The notes: generated by a model not told the origin, from the sequence alone. DNA of 64,000 nucleotides from Pseudomonadales bacterium (GCA_020632265.1 JACKFW010000001.1:75785-139784), one strand, 5' to 3'. Positions 9,395 to 19,232 are shown, counted from the first letter of the stretch. Program-made: numbers and translations.

Positions 9395-10159
9395 ATGATA
9401 TATAAATATAAAGAGTTGTTATCTGAATTGACTAAAAGAGAAATTAAAGCTCGTTATAAGCAATCCGTATTGGGTTATGCCTGGGTTATTCTAAATCCAT
9501 TCTTCCAAATGTTGGTGATGGCGTTTGTTTTTTCAAAAATTTTAAGAATTACCGATTTGGGTGTGCCCTATGCCCTTTTTCTATATGTAGGACTACTTCC
9601 TTGGAATTTGTTTGCTGCATCTATTACTAGTAGCATGAACTCTCTTGTTGGAAATGGCTCACTACTAACCAAAATTTATTTCCCTCGAGAAATTTTTGTA
9701 ATTAGCACTATTCTAGCCAAGATAGTTGATTTTTTATTGGCATCAATAGTTTTGGTAATATTCTTTATATTTTTCCATCAGCAAGTCACGTTAAATATTT
9801 TCTGGATACTTCCAATATTCCTGATTCAGCAACTATTTACTTTTGGTCTGTCGTTGGTTTTGTCGGCCTTTAATTTGTTCTATAGAGATATTCAGTACCT
9901 CTTTGGTTTGATTTTACTCACGTGGATGTATATTACGCCAGTCATTTATCCTACTGAAATGTTTCCAGAGCAGTATCGATGGATTTTCAAATTAAATCCG
10001 ATGGCAATATTTATCAATGCCTATCGTCAAGTTATGTTGGGCGGCGGCTTGCCAAACTTTACAAGTTTGGGAATAGCTTTGGGACTTTCTCTAGTTATGG
10101 TCGTTATAGGGTATAAAATATTTAAAAATCTAGAAGGGATGTTTGCCGATGTCGTCTGA
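9395..10159 (+). CDS. wzm: ABC-2 type polysaccharide/teichoic-acid exporter permease (Wzm/TagG-like)
   Basis: 254 aa, 6 TM. N-terminus 'LTKREIKARYKQSVLGYAWVILNPFFQMLV' is the hallmark of Wzm/KpsM/TagG permeases. Its 3' end overlaps the downstream ATPase gene. Confidence 0.8.
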   Translation: MIYKYKELLSELTKREIKARYKQSVLGYAWVILNPFFQMLVMAFVFSKILRITDLGVPYALFLYVGLLPWNLFAASITSSMNSLVGNGSLLTKIYFPREIFVISTILAKIVDFLLASIVLVIFFIFFHQQVTLNIFWILPIFLIQQLFTFGLSLVLSAFNLFYRDIQYLFGLILLTWMYITPVIYPTEMFPEQYRWIFKLNPMAIFINAYRQVMLGGGLPNFTSLGIALGLSLVMVVIGYKIFKNLEGMFADVV

Positions 10160-10880
10160 CGTAGCTATTTCCATCCAGCATGTTTCTAAGCTTTTTAGAA
10201 AGCAGAACCAGAGAACTTTTAAGGAATTAATTCCTGCTTTATTTGGTGGAAAAAAAGTAGCTGAGTCTTTTTGGGCTTTGAAAGATATTGATCTAGAAAT
10301 TAAAAAAGGTGAAACTATTGGAATAATTGGTGTGAATGGTTCGGGCAAGTCTACTTTGCTTAAGTTAATCGCAGGTGTCTCACAGCCCACAAAGGGCAAG
10401 ATAACTACTGTTGGCAGAATGGCACCCTTGATTGAATTAGGAGCTGGTTTTCATCCAGAGTTAACAGGCAGAGAGAATGTTTATTTAAACGGGATTATCT
10501 TGGGAATGACTAGAGCCGAAGTTGATGCCAAATTCAAAGAAATTGTTGATTTTGCAGAGATTTGGGATTTTATTGATCAGCCAGTAAAGCATTATAGCTC
10601 AGGGATGTACTTAAGATTAGCTTTTGCAGTCGCAATTCACACTGAACCAGAGATTTTATTGATTGATGAGATCTTGGCTGTCGGAGATACTGCTTTCCAA
10701 GCAAAGTGTTTTAAAAAGATGGATGAGTTTAAGAAAAATAAGGTTGCTATTATGTATGTGAGTCATAATATGGATTCGGTTAGAACTTTTTGTGATAAGG
10801 TGTTATATATTGATGATAATAAAATGGCTGAATTTGGTAAAAAAGATCTGGTGCTAGATCAATATCTTAGTAAAATATAA
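10143..10880 (+). CDS. wzt: ABC transporter ATP-binding protein (Wzt/TagH-like), short form without a C-terminal carbohydrate-binding domain
   Basis: 245 aa. Walker A 'GIIGVNGSGKSTLLKLIAG', ABC signature 'YSSGMYLRLAFA', Walker B 'LLIDEILAVGD'. The annotated start at 10143 is a TTG; an in-frame ATG lies at 10149. The gene overlaps the wzm stop, consistent with translational coupling. Confidence 0.9.
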   Translation: MPMSSDVAISIQHVSKLFRKQNQRTFKELIPALFGGKKVAESFWALKDIDLEIKKGETIGIIGVNGSGKSTLLKLIAGVSQPTKGKITTVGRMAPLIELGAGFHPELTGRENVYLNGIILGMTRAEVDAKFKEIVDFAEIWDFIDQPVKHYSSGMYLRLAFAVAIHTEPEILLIDEILAVGDTAFQAKCFKKMDEFKKNKVAIMYVSHNMDSVRTFCDKVLYIDDNKMAEFGKKDLVLDQYLSKI

Positions 10881-10889
10881 GGAATTATT

Positions 10890-11567
10890 ATGAATTTAGA
10901 AGATAAAATAAAAAAAGCTAAGGAAATAATTCTAGAAGCTAGTAAAAAATGGGATCACGATAAAATTGCAATTGCTTGGACCGGAGGTAAAGATTCTACA
11001 GTTATTCTTCATATTGTTAGAGAGATGTTTGATGGTAAAGTTCCGTTTAAGTTGATGTTTAATGATTCAACTTTAGAGTTTCCAGAAATATATGATTTTA
11101 TAAGAAAATATGAAAAAGAATGGGATTTGGATTTGTTGTGGATTAAGCATCTTCCAGAAGATCTTAAAATTTATGAGACTTCATCGAATAAAGAAGAGCA
11201 AATGGAGATTTTGAGAATTGCTAAAATTAATGCATTAAACTTCGCTCTTAAGGAATATGACCTCAAAGCATTTATGTCTGGAATTAGGTGGGATGAACAT
11301 GAGGCGAGAAGTGATGAAAAAGCATTTTCTAAAAGATCTTCTCATATGAGAGTTCATCCTATTTTGCAGTTCACAGTTGATGATATCTGGAATTATATTC
11401 GAATGTTTAATGTACCTTACGTAGATCTTTATGATAAGGGATATAAGTCATTGGGTGAAATGCCATTTACTAGTCCAGTTGATGATCCAAATGCTTCAGA
11501 AAGAGCTGGAAGAGATGCAACAAAAGAAAGAGTCATGAAAAGATTGAGGGATTTAGGATATTGGTAA
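10890..11567 (+). CDS. PAPS-reductase-family PP-loop ATP pyrophosphatase-like protein (no catalytic C-terminal Cys motif)
   Basis: 225 aa. PP-loop 'IAWTGGKDSTVILHIV' (SGGKDS). C-terminal family block 'GIRWDEHEARSDE...HPILQFTVDDIWNYI...YVDLYDKGYKSLGEMP'. Lacks the 'ECG(L/I)H' Cys of true CysH reductases. Confidence 0.7.
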   Translation: MNLEDKIKKAKEIILEASKKWDHDKIAIAWTGGKDSTVILHIVREMFDGKVPFKLMFNDSTLEFPEIYDFIRKYEKEWDLDLLWIKHLPEDLKIYETSSNKEEQMEILRIAKINALNFALKEYDLKAFMSGIRWDEHEARSDEKAFSKRSSHMRVHPILQFTVDDIWNYIRMFNVPYVDLYDKGYKSLGEMPFTSPVDDPNASERAGRDATKERVMKRLRDLGYW

Positions 11568-11571
11568 AGAT

Positions 11572-13140
11572 ATGACAAAACATGTCTATCTAGTCTCTAT
11601 TGATGCACTTCGATTTGATTGTGTGCCTTATCAACAAGATAAAAGCTTTTTAAAAAAACATCGTGTTCTAAAATATCTTAAAATACCAACTTTAGAAAAA
11701 TTAACAAAAAAAAGTCTAAATTTTGAACTTGCGACTACAACGGCACCCTATACATCTGCTTCGCACGCTAGTTTGTTTACTGGCCTATATCCTCCCAGAA
11801 CTAACGTTAGATCTTTTTTTAATCCATCTTCTAGTTCATTAAATAAAAATTTAATTACTTTAGCTGAAGTATTTAAGTCTGAGGGATATAAAACTGTTTT
11901 TGCAACCGATGAAGAGTCTGTGTTTAAACCTTTAGATCTACATAGGGGCTTTGATTACTTTTTTCCAATTAACGATGATAAATTAATTTCATTTATTAAA
12001 AAAAATAAAAATGAAAAAATCTTTGTTTTTAAACATTTTTTAGATGTTCACAATCCTTACCTATACACGAGATATAGTTATAAAAAGGATGTAAATAACG
12101 ACTATGAAAAGTTTATTAGTAAAAAAATTAATAAGAAAGTAAAACTAAAAACAAATTTAAATTATTATGATTCATGGAGAAAAGTTTACGGAGGAAAAAA
12201 TAATAACATTAAATCTTTATTCCCCTTGTATGTGAAAGGAATAACTAAGTTTGATCAAGGTAGATTTAAATATTTTATCGAAAATCTAGAGAAAATGGGA
12301 GAGTTTGAAGAATCTTTATTTGCTTTTTTTGCAGATCATGGCGAAGGTAGGACAGATAAAAATGGCTTTTTTGCTCATGGAGGTGATTTATATGATGATG
12401 CAGTGAGAATTCCTTTGTTTTTAATTCATAAAGATATTCATAAAGTAAAGAATGATAAGCGTCTTGTTTCTCTAATAGATATTTTTCCTACGATAACTAA
12501 TTTTGTTTTTGGGGATGATGTTTTCTTCTATCCTAAATATAATCTTGATGGCATTGATTTGCTTAATTTTACTAATACTCATAGATATACATACTCTGAA
12601 GTATGGAAATCAAATATAATAAATCCTTTGGAATATCCAGATAATAAAGATTGGTTACTTTCAGAGAGATGTATTAGAACAAAAAATAAAAAATTTATTT
12701 TGAAAGGAAAGCCAGAAGTGTTTTTGATTTCGAATGATGATGCTCGATTTAGTCAAGGTGATATCGGTAAATATATATTAACTGAATTTAGCAATAAAGG
12801 AGTCAACCTCTCTTTTAAAGATGGGTCGTTAATTCAAGCATTGAAAGACGCAATTAGAATCTTCAATGATCGAATGACCAAATATTATGATCTAAAAAAG
12901 GACAGATGGGAAGAGAATCCAGATAATATATTACGAAATAATTATGGCTTTAAGAATAAAATATTGGTTTGGTACTTTATTAAAGCAATATATAACATTG
13001 ATAAAACAATATTAATAAATGATGAAGCTATTGCTAAATTAATTAATGATCGATTATATAACATAATTATTCGTATAAACATGAATGAAATAAATTTAAA
13101 AAATAAATTTAAGGATTTGTTGGGAAAATATTTGGCATAA
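11572..13140 (+). CDS. Alkaline-phosphatase-superfamily enzyme, type I phosphodiesterase/nucleotide pyrophosphatase (NPP)-like, cytoplasmic
   Basis: 522 aa, no signal peptide or TM. 'VYLVSIDALRFD' (metal site 1, compare NPP 'iSfDGfRyD'). 'TTTAPYTSASHASLFTGLYPPRTNV' (T-nucleophile-x-P-x-x-T...H-x-S-x-x-T-G-x-Y-P, compare NPP 'TfPnhysivTGlyPesHG'). Distal 'FADHGEG...FAHGG' (DHG/HGG metal ligands). Confidence 0.65.
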   Translation: MTKHVYLVSIDALRFDCVPYQQDKSFLKKHRVLKYLKIPTLEKLTKKSLNFELATTTAPYTSASHASLFTGLYPPRTNVRSFFNPSSSSLNKNLITLAEVFKSEGYKTVFATDEESVFKPLDLHRGFDYFFPINDDKLISFIKKNKNEKIFVFKHFLDVHNPYLYTRYSYKKDVNNDYEKFISKKINKKVKLKTNLNYYDSWRKVYGGKNNNIKSLFPLYVKGITKFDQGRFKYFIENLEKMGEFEESLFAFFADHGEGRTDKNGFFAHGGDLYDDAVRIPLFLIHKDIHKVKNDKRLVSLIDIFPTITNFVFGDDVFFYPKYNLDGIDLLNFTNTHRYTYSEVWKSNIINPLEYPDNKDWLLSERCIRTKNKKFILKGKPEVFLISNDDARFSQGDIGKYILTEFSNKGVNLSFKDGSLIQALKDAIRIFNDRMTKYYDLKKDRWEENPDNILRNNYGFKNKILVWYFIKAIYNIDKTILINDEAIAKLINDRLYNIIIRINMNEINLKNKFKDLLGKYLA

Positions 13141-13141
13141 T

Positions 13142-14368
13142 ATGAAAATACTTTTAACGAACCACCATCTTAATGGTTTAACTGGCTCTGAAATATTTAC
13201 TTTTACAGTAGCTAATTTTTTATTAAAAAATAGTAATCAGGTTATACTTTATTCTAAATTCATAGATGAAACACTACCTTTCTTTGAGTCAAAAAATGTT
13301 GAAGTAATATCTGATTTAAATCTTATCAAAAATGAAAAAATTGATATAGCTCATGTTCATCATGTTACTTCTGCTTTAGAGGTAAGGTACTATTTTCCTG
13401 ATTTACCAATGGTTTATTTGTCTCATGGAATAATTCCAGACCTAGAACAAAATCCAGAACTCATTTCAAACCTAGACATTGCTAAGTTCTTAGCAGTCAG
13501 CGAAGAAGTCAAAGATAATTTAATTAAATCAGGAGTAAATAAGTCTAATGTTGAGATATTCAGAAATATTTTTAATACAGACTTATTTCATGAAAAAAGG
13601 AAAATTAACAAAAAGCTAAAAAACGTATTAGTAGTTTCTGCCAGAATCGATGAGAATAAAGAAAACAAAATAAAAAAGGCGTGTGCAGAATTAAATCTAA
13701 ACCTTAAATTTGTTGGTGGGAGATTTGGCTGGAAGAATCAAAAACAAATTTCAGAACTTATCCAGTGTTCAGACGTTGTTTTCTCTTTAGGAAGAGGTGT
13801 AATTGAAACTATGCTAAGTGGAAGAGTTCCTTTTGTTTTTGATTACTTAGGAGGTGATGGATTAATTACTCCGGAGAATTATAAAGAAAGCATGACTTGT
13901 AATTTTTCCGGTAGAAAAAATCAAAAAGATTATTCAGTAGCTGAATTAAAAAAGGAACTTTCTAAATATAATTATGAATATGGTGTTAGGCTGAAAGAAC
14001 TAGCATTAAAAGAATTTTCTGCAAATATTAAAATCAAGGAACTCATTGGTATTTATGATAAAATAATCAAGAAAAAATCCAGAGTAAAGTTGAGCAGTTT
14101 AGATAAAACAAAATTAAAGTTAATTAATTCAGTAATTTCATTAACTAAAGACTATCAGACCAACCTATTAAGTAAATATTTTGAAAAATCAATAATAAAT
14201 TATGAAGTGAATGATGAGCTTGATGGTTTAATAGTTGAATATGTTTCCTTAGAAGAGAAAAGCAAGCTGCTTTATTTTGAAAAAGATAGCTGTCAACGTC
14301 AGCTTAATAGCTTGTTAAATTCAAAGTTCTATAAATTGTCGCAATTTTTATTAAATCTAAAAAGGTAA
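13142..14368 (+). CDS. GT-B fold glycosyltransferase-like protein (GT4-like N-terminus) with a C-terminal coiled-coil extension
   Basis: 408 aa. N-terminus 'MKILLTNHHLNGLTGSEIFTFTVANFLLKN' parallels the downstream bona fide GT4 ('MKILLISHTFLPKYVGGTEVYTFELATEL'). The canonical EX7E is not obvious, so the call is tentative. Confidence 0.4.
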   Translation: MKILLTNHHLNGLTGSEIFTFTVANFLLKNSNQVILYSKFIDETLPFFESKNVEVISDLNLIKNEKIDIAHVHHVTSALEVRYYFPDLPMVYLSHGIIPDLEQNPELISNLDIAKFLAVSEEVKDNLIKSGVNKSNVEIFRNIFNTDLFHEKRKINKKLKNVLVVSARIDENKENKIKKACAELNLNLKFVGGRFGWKNQKQISELIQCSDVVFSLGRGVIETMLSGRVPFVFDYLGGDGLITPENYKESMTCNFSGRKNQKDYSVAELKKELSKYNYEYGVRLKELALKEFSANIKIKELIGIYDKIIKKKSRVKLSSLDKTKLKLINSVISLTKDYQTNLLSKYFEKSIINYEVNDELDGLIVEYVSLEEKSKLLYFEKDSCQRQLNSLLNSKFYKLSQFLLNLKR

Positions 14369-14375
14369 TAAGTGA

Positions 14376-15872
14376 ATGAATACAAAAAATAATGATTTTA
14401 ATTCCACAGAGTACTTAAAGAAGAAAATTTCTAAAAAGAAAAAAGAAGTTTCTAAGTTGGAGAAAGAAGTTAATGCTAAAAAAAAAGATATTGAAAAGAT
14501 CACCTCCTCTAAAGCCTTTTCTTATTGGGTTTTATTTAATAAAACTAAGTCAGATATTATGAGAAATATTTATCCAAAGTTACTTCTTGACAGAGGTAAA
14601 ACGTTATTAAGAAAAATAAAAGTGGATTTGAATGCAAAAAATTATATCACTCGCCTAGAAAATGTCAAAGTTTCAAAAAACTACAAAATATCAGTAGTTA
14701 TCCCCACTTATTATGCAGAAAGTTTTATGCCCTCTCTATTGAAGGCAATTTCTGCTCAAAAACACATTGAAGATTTAGATTTAATTATCATTGATTCTGA
14801 GTCTAAAGACAAAACTCAAGAATTTGCTAAAGACTTTGGGGCTAATGTTCTAACTATCAAACAAAATGATTTTACTCATAGTTTAGCTAGAAATATTGCA
14901 GCTAAACATGCCAAGCATGACTTGATTCTATTTACAGTCCAAGATGAACTTCCAGCCGAGAATACTACTTTTGCCAAAATGGCAGAATTACTTTATTTGG
15001 ATCAAAACATTGCAACAGTCTCCACTAGACAGATTGCAAGACCAGACGCTGATATTTTTGCAAGATGGCAAGTAGACAATCACAATCAGGCACTTGATTT
15101 GAATTATGATTCAATTAGTAAAATTAATGATTTTAATAAATTTAGTCAGGAATCATTTGTTTTACAAAGAAGAGTTTCTTTGCTAGATAATGTATGCGCA
15201 CTATACAGAAAAGATATTTTCACTGAGCTGAATGGCTTTACGGAGGTTATCTTTGGAGAAGATTTAGATTATGCATTTAAAGTCCTGAAAAAAGGCTATA
15301 AACTTGGCTTAGTTTGTTCGACCGGAGTAATTCATTCTCACAATCGACCAGCTCATTATTTCTTAAAAAGAACTTTTGTTAGTAGCATGCTTGATCTGGA
15401 TTTATTATCTGCTGTGGACGATAGTATAGTGATCAACCCTAGTTTAGATTTAATAGCAGGCCTAACTATTTCTGAATATTTATCAAGTAAACAGACTTTG
15501 TCAGAATTTTCTAAAGATGACCTTCGTGAATTTATGAATAAATTCAAGTTTAATGATTTTAAAAAAAGTGAAATACGTTCGGAGTTAAGCAAACTAATTT
15601 TATTCTCTCTAGAAAGTACAAATTTAGATAATAAATCTATCTCCGATGATGATATTCTTAAATATTATCAAAATTTATTAAATATGTTAGATAATTATTT
15701 GAAAAAACACCCTCAAATAATTGCCTCAATTAAGGACAGATTTGGTTTTCTGGAAAAAATGCTGGGCACTAAAATTGGAGATACTCTAGCAAAATATTGC
15801 CTGAGCAAACAGACTACTGAGGTCAAGATAAATACAAAAATATTAAAAAATATTTTGTTTGGATACGTATGA
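14376..15872 (+). CDS. Family 2 glycosyltransferase (GT-A) with an N-terminal Lys-rich coiled-coil segment
   Basis: 498 aa. 'KISVVIPTYYAESFMPSLLKAI...DLIIIDSESKDKTQEFAKDFGANVL' is the Glycos_transf_2 core. The first ~45 aa 'KKKISKKKKEVSKLEKEVNAKKKDIEKI' are coiled-coil-like. Confidence 0.75.
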   Translation: MNTKNNDFNSTEYLKKKISKKKKEVSKLEKEVNAKKKDIEKITSSKAFSYWVLFNKTKSDIMRNIYPKLLLDRGKTLLRKIKVDLNAKNYITRLENVKVSKNYKISVVIPTYYAESFMPSLLKAISAQKHIEDLDLIIIDSESKDKTQEFAKDFGANVLTIKQNDFTHSLARNIAAKHAKHDLILFTVQDELPAENTTFAKMAELLYLDQNIATVSTRQIARPDADIFARWQVDNHNQALDLNYDSISKINDFNKFSQESFVLQRRVSLLDNVCALYRKDIFTELNGFTEVIFGEDLDYAFKVLKKGYKLGLVCSTGVIHSHNRPAHYFLKRTFVSSMLDLDLLSAVDDSIVINPSLDLIAGLTISEYLSSKQTLSEFSKDDLREFMNKFKFNDFKKSEIRSELSKLILFSLESTNLDNKSISDDDILKYYQNLLNMLDNYLKKHPQIIASIKDRFGFLEKMLGTKIGDTLAKYCLSKQTTEVKINTKILKNILFGYV

Positions 15873-17227
15873 AAATATTACTAATTTCTCACACATTTCT
15901 GCCTAAATACGTAGGTGGTACTGAAGTATATACTTTTGAATTAGCAACAGAATTAAAGGCTCAGGGTCACGATGTAGAAATATTATGTACTGATCCTTTG
16001 AGTAAAAAGAAAGCCTATTCATTAACTAAGAAAAAATATAGAGGTTTAAATATTAGTGTAATTGAGAAAAATATTTTAAAATATGAAAATTTTGAACAAA
16101 CTTACTTTGATACAGACGTAGATGATATATTTATTAAATTTATTGATGATTTTAATCCAGATATCATCCACTACACTCATTTAATGCATCTTTCGTTGAA
16201 TCTGGTTTCAATAGCATCCCAACGCGGAATTAAACAGGTTGCTACTTTAAATGATTTTTGGATGCAAACTCATTTATTTAACAGGGTTACTTCTAAAGGG
16301 ACGCTTTATAAAGAATTCTCTAGGGAAGAGGATGCGAGAGAACTCTCAGATAAATTAAATTCAGGTCCAAGAAAAAGTACTCCTCTGAATTTTGCATATT
16401 TTCTGAAAAATAAAGATAAAGTTGAATATTTAAAAACAGTCTTCAAAAAGGTAAGTCGAAGAGTACTGGGCCATTCTACTGAGTTTTTAAATTTGAATAA
16501 ATATTTAAATCTTATTGATCATAGGTCTGACAAAGTTAGAGAGACTTTATCTCAACTTGATCTAGTAATTTTTCCAACTGTGTTTCTTTATCAGGAATTT
16601 TCTAAGTGGGGATTTCAATCAAAGCAAGTAATTATCTCTGAACATGGCATTGATACATCTCTATTTAAAAAGTTCACAAAGGAACCAAGTAAAAAAATAA
16701 GGTTTGCATTTATTGGTGCAATTATTCCAGCAAAAGGTCTGGATATTTTGCTAAAAGCTTGGAAAAAAATAGATTCAAGTAATGTTGAACTAAAAATATA
16801 TGGCAAGTTTGATCTTGATAAAAAGTATACTTCTTCTATCCAGTCGCTTATATCTCATTCTAAGAGTATTAAACTTGAAGGTACATTTAAACCTGAAGAA
16901 ATTGCTCAAGTTTTCTCTGAAGTTGATGTCTTAGTTTTGCCATCAAGATGGTTTGAGAATGGTCCTCTGGTATTGCGAAACTCTTTGTTGGGTAAAATTC
17001 CAGTGATAGCTACTAATTTGGGCAGTAATCCTGAGTATATAAATGATCCTCTTAATGGACTGTTATTTGAAAATGAAGACGAAAATGACCTGGCTAATAA
17101 GATCGAATTTCTAATTGAGAAGCCAGAAAAAATAAAGGAAATGTCTAAAAAAATTCTTAAACAAAAATCAATTAAACAAGATACTTTTAATTTATTATAT
17201 AATTATCAAAACTTATTAAAATCATGA
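15869..17227 (+). CDS. Family 4 (GT-B) glycosyltransferase
   Basis: 452 aa. N-terminus 'MKILLISHTFLPKYVGGTEVYTFELATELKAQGHDV'. C-terminal 'LPSRWFENGPLVLRNSLLGKIPVIATNLGSNPEYINDPLNGLLFE' carries the EX7E-type Glycos_transf_1 motif. 4-bp ATGA overlap with the upstream gene. Confidence 0.85.
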   Translation: MKILLISHTFLPKYVGGTEVYTFELATELKAQGHDVEILCTDPLSKKKAYSLTKKKYRGLNISVIEKNILKYENFEQTYFDTDVDDIFIKFIDDFNPDIIHYTHLMHLSLNLVSIASQRGIKQVATLNDFWMQTHLFNRVTSKGTLYKEFSREEDARELSDKLNSGPRKSTPLNFAYFLKNKDKVEYLKTVFKKVSRRVLGHSTEFLNLNKYLNLIDHRSDKVRETLSQLDLVIFPTVFLYQEFSKWGFQSKQVIISEHGIDTSLFKKFTKEPSKKIRFAFIGAIIPAKGLDILLKAWKKIDSSNVELKIYGKFDLDKKYTSSIQSLISHSKSIKLEGTFKPEEIAQVFSEVDVLVLPSRWFENGPLVLRNSLLGKIPVIATNLGSNPEYINDPLNGLLFENEDENDLANKIEFLIEKPEKIKEMSKKILKQKSIKQDTFNLLYNYQNLLKS

Positions 17228-18159
17228 AAAAAAATAGATGTGTAGTTTACGGGGCAACAGGATTTATTGGAGGATATTTAGTAAATGAATTAATTAGAAA
17301 TGAATATTATGTTGTTGCTGTCGGAAGAAATACTGAGAAATTACATAAAAAATTTGGAAATTTGACCAATTCATTAGAAATTAAAGCGTGTGATTTTAAA
17401 GATACAACTAAAAGTATTTCTTTTCTGAGAGAATATGATATTGTTTTTGATCTCGTTGCATCTTCAGTACCTGTAACTTCTGTAAAAATGCCTATTGAAG
17501 AAATTCAAAATAATATTGAGCCACAGGCTGACTTTTTTATGCGTGCTTGTGAAAAAAAGGTTAGTAAAATTATCTTTACCTCATCTGGAGGTAGTATTTA
17601 TGGTGATATGGGTGATAAGCCATTCTCGGAGACAGATTTGCCAAATCCTCAATCACCACATGCAATAGGAAAACTATCTACAGAATATTTTCTCAAATAT
17701 TTTTGCTCAATAGCTCATCTCCCATTTACAATTTTTAGGGTCAGTAATCCCTTTGGGATGGGTCAAGAAAAAACTGAAGGATTTGGAGTAATTCCAACAT
17801 TTTTGGAAGGGATAAGAACTAATACTCCTCCAACTCTGTTTGGGGAAGGAAATTTGGTGCGAGACTTTATTCATGTTCAAGATTTAGTTGAAGCAATTGT
17901 TTTATCATTATATAAAGATAATAATTACTTTATATATAATATTGGAAATGGATCTGGATTAAAAATAAGAGAAGTTTGGGATGTAATCAAAGAAGCCTCT
18001 GGGACTAATTTAGTTCCCATTTTGAAAGAAAGCAGATCTTTTGATATAAAAAAAATAGTTCTAGATATTTCTAGATTTTCAAATGAGTTTACTTGGAAGC
18101 CAAAGACAGATGTGAAGGAATCTATATCGAAGCTAGCTAGATCAATTAAAAACTATTAA
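17224..18159 (+). CDS. NAD-dependent epimerase/dehydratase (extended SDR)
   Basis: 311 aa. Rossmann 'CVVYGATGFIGGYLVNELI'. The catalytic YxxxK region ('HAIGKLSTEYF') is degenerate. Confidence 0.75.
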   Translation: MKKNRCVVYGATGFIGGYLVNELIRNEYYVVAVGRNTEKLHKKFGNLTNSLEIKACDFKDTTKSISFLREYDIVFDLVASSVPVTSVKMPIEEIQNNIEPQADFFMRACEKKVSKIIFTSSGGSIYGDMGDKPFSETDLPNPQSPHAIGKLSTEYFLKYFCSIAHLPFTIFRVSNPFGMGQEKTEGFGVIPTFLEGIRTNTPPTLFGEGNLVRDFIHVQDLVEAIVLSLYKDNNYFIYNIGNGSGLKIREVWDVIKEASGTNLVPILKESRSFDIKKIVLDISRFSNEFTWKPKTDVKESISKLARSIKNY

Positions 18160-18176
18160 TTTGCTGAATCTTATAA

Positions 18177-19232
18177 ATGAAAACAAAATTAAAGAAACCC
18201 AGATTAGTATTTATTGATTTAATCAGGGTAGTTGCTATCTTTTTTGTTATCTTTCATCATTTACATTTTCATTTTTTAGATATGGGATTATTTAGCAAAG
18301 ACGAACTTTGGTCTAATAGTTTTTTTGGTCTGAGTTATGGTGACATTGGTGTTTCACTCTTTATATTTATATCAGGACTTAGTTTAACAATCTCATCAAA
18401 TTATGGAAAATTTAATATAATAAAATTCTTTTCCAAAAGAATTAAAAATATATATCCTGAATTTTTTATTGCTTACTTTTTCTTTTTTTGTTGGTACGCA
18501 TATATGAAATATTTACCAAAAACAGTAGATTTTCCAGGACTTTTACTTTCATTAACTGGACTTGATACATATTTGATATCATTCTTTGATTTTAAATTTT
18601 ATTCATTATTTGATTGGTTTATTGGATTTATTTTAATTTTATATTTAATATTTCCTTTGATGTATTCGATCTACAAAAAAAATCAGTTTCTTTTGTTATT
18701 TACTGCCATTTCTTTGCTTTCTTTTACCTTATATATATCTAATAATCAAATAGATTCTAGGTTTATAACGCTAAGAATTTTAGAATTTTCATTGGGTATG
18801 TTGTATGCAAAAACTGCATTGAGTAAAAATAATGGCAATCATTTCTTGATATTAATGTTTAGTTTATTGGCCTTGTTTACTTTTTATACAACGTCAACAG
18901 TAATATTTTTCTTTATTCGTTTAATTATTGTTGATTATATTTTTATAGAAACAGCTTATTTTATCTGCAGTCATTTTAAAAAGAATAAAATTATTAATAA
19001 ATCAATAACTTATTTAGCTTCAATATCATATTTAATCTTTTTACTTCAACATCAGGTTATAATAAGAATTATGGGAGATATATTTTTACCAAATAAAGTT
19101 TTTTTTGCTCCAGCTTTCATCTCTTCATTGTTATTTCAATCTATATTTATTATTTTATTTATCATATTCTTTGCTGTAATGCTATCAAAAATTGGCAAAA
19201 TAATATTTAATAGATTTATGATTAGTAAATAA
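18177..19232 (+). CDS. Acyltransferase family 3 membrane O-acyltransferase
   Basis: 351 aa, ~10 TM. N-terminus 'RLVFIDLIRVVAIFFVIFHHLHFH' is the typical Acyl_transf_3 first helix with a conserved His. Confidence 0.6.
   Translation: MKTKLKKPRLVFIDLIRVVAIFFVIFHHLHFHFLDMGLFSKDELWSNSFFGLSYGDIGVSLFIFISGLSLTISSNYGKFNIIKFFSKRIKNIYPEFFIAYFFFFCWYAYMKYLPKTVDFPGLLLSLTGLDTYLISFFDFKFYSLFDWFIGFILILYLIFPLMYSIYKKNQFLLLFTAISLLSFTLYISNNQIDSRFITLRILEFSLGMLYAKTALSKNNGNHFLILMFSLLALFTFYTTSTVIFFFIRLIIVDYIFIETAYFICSHFKKNKIINKSITYLASISYLIFLLQHQVIIRIMGDIFLPNKVFFAPAFISSLLFQSIFIILFIIFFAVMLSKIGKIIFNRFMISK

Noticed and set aside
10890-13140. Possibility that the PAPS-reductase-like plus AlkP-superfamily pair is part of a DNA-modification defence system (DndC-like phosphorothioation or a BREX PglZ-like phosphatase)
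   Set aside because: DndC is about twice as long and occurs with dndABDE. PglZ occurs with a PglX methyltransferase and the BrxC/BrxL ATPases. None of these partners is present, and the pair is embedded in a glycan-export operon between wzt and glycosyltransferases. A glycan or nucleotide-precursor role is more parsimonious.
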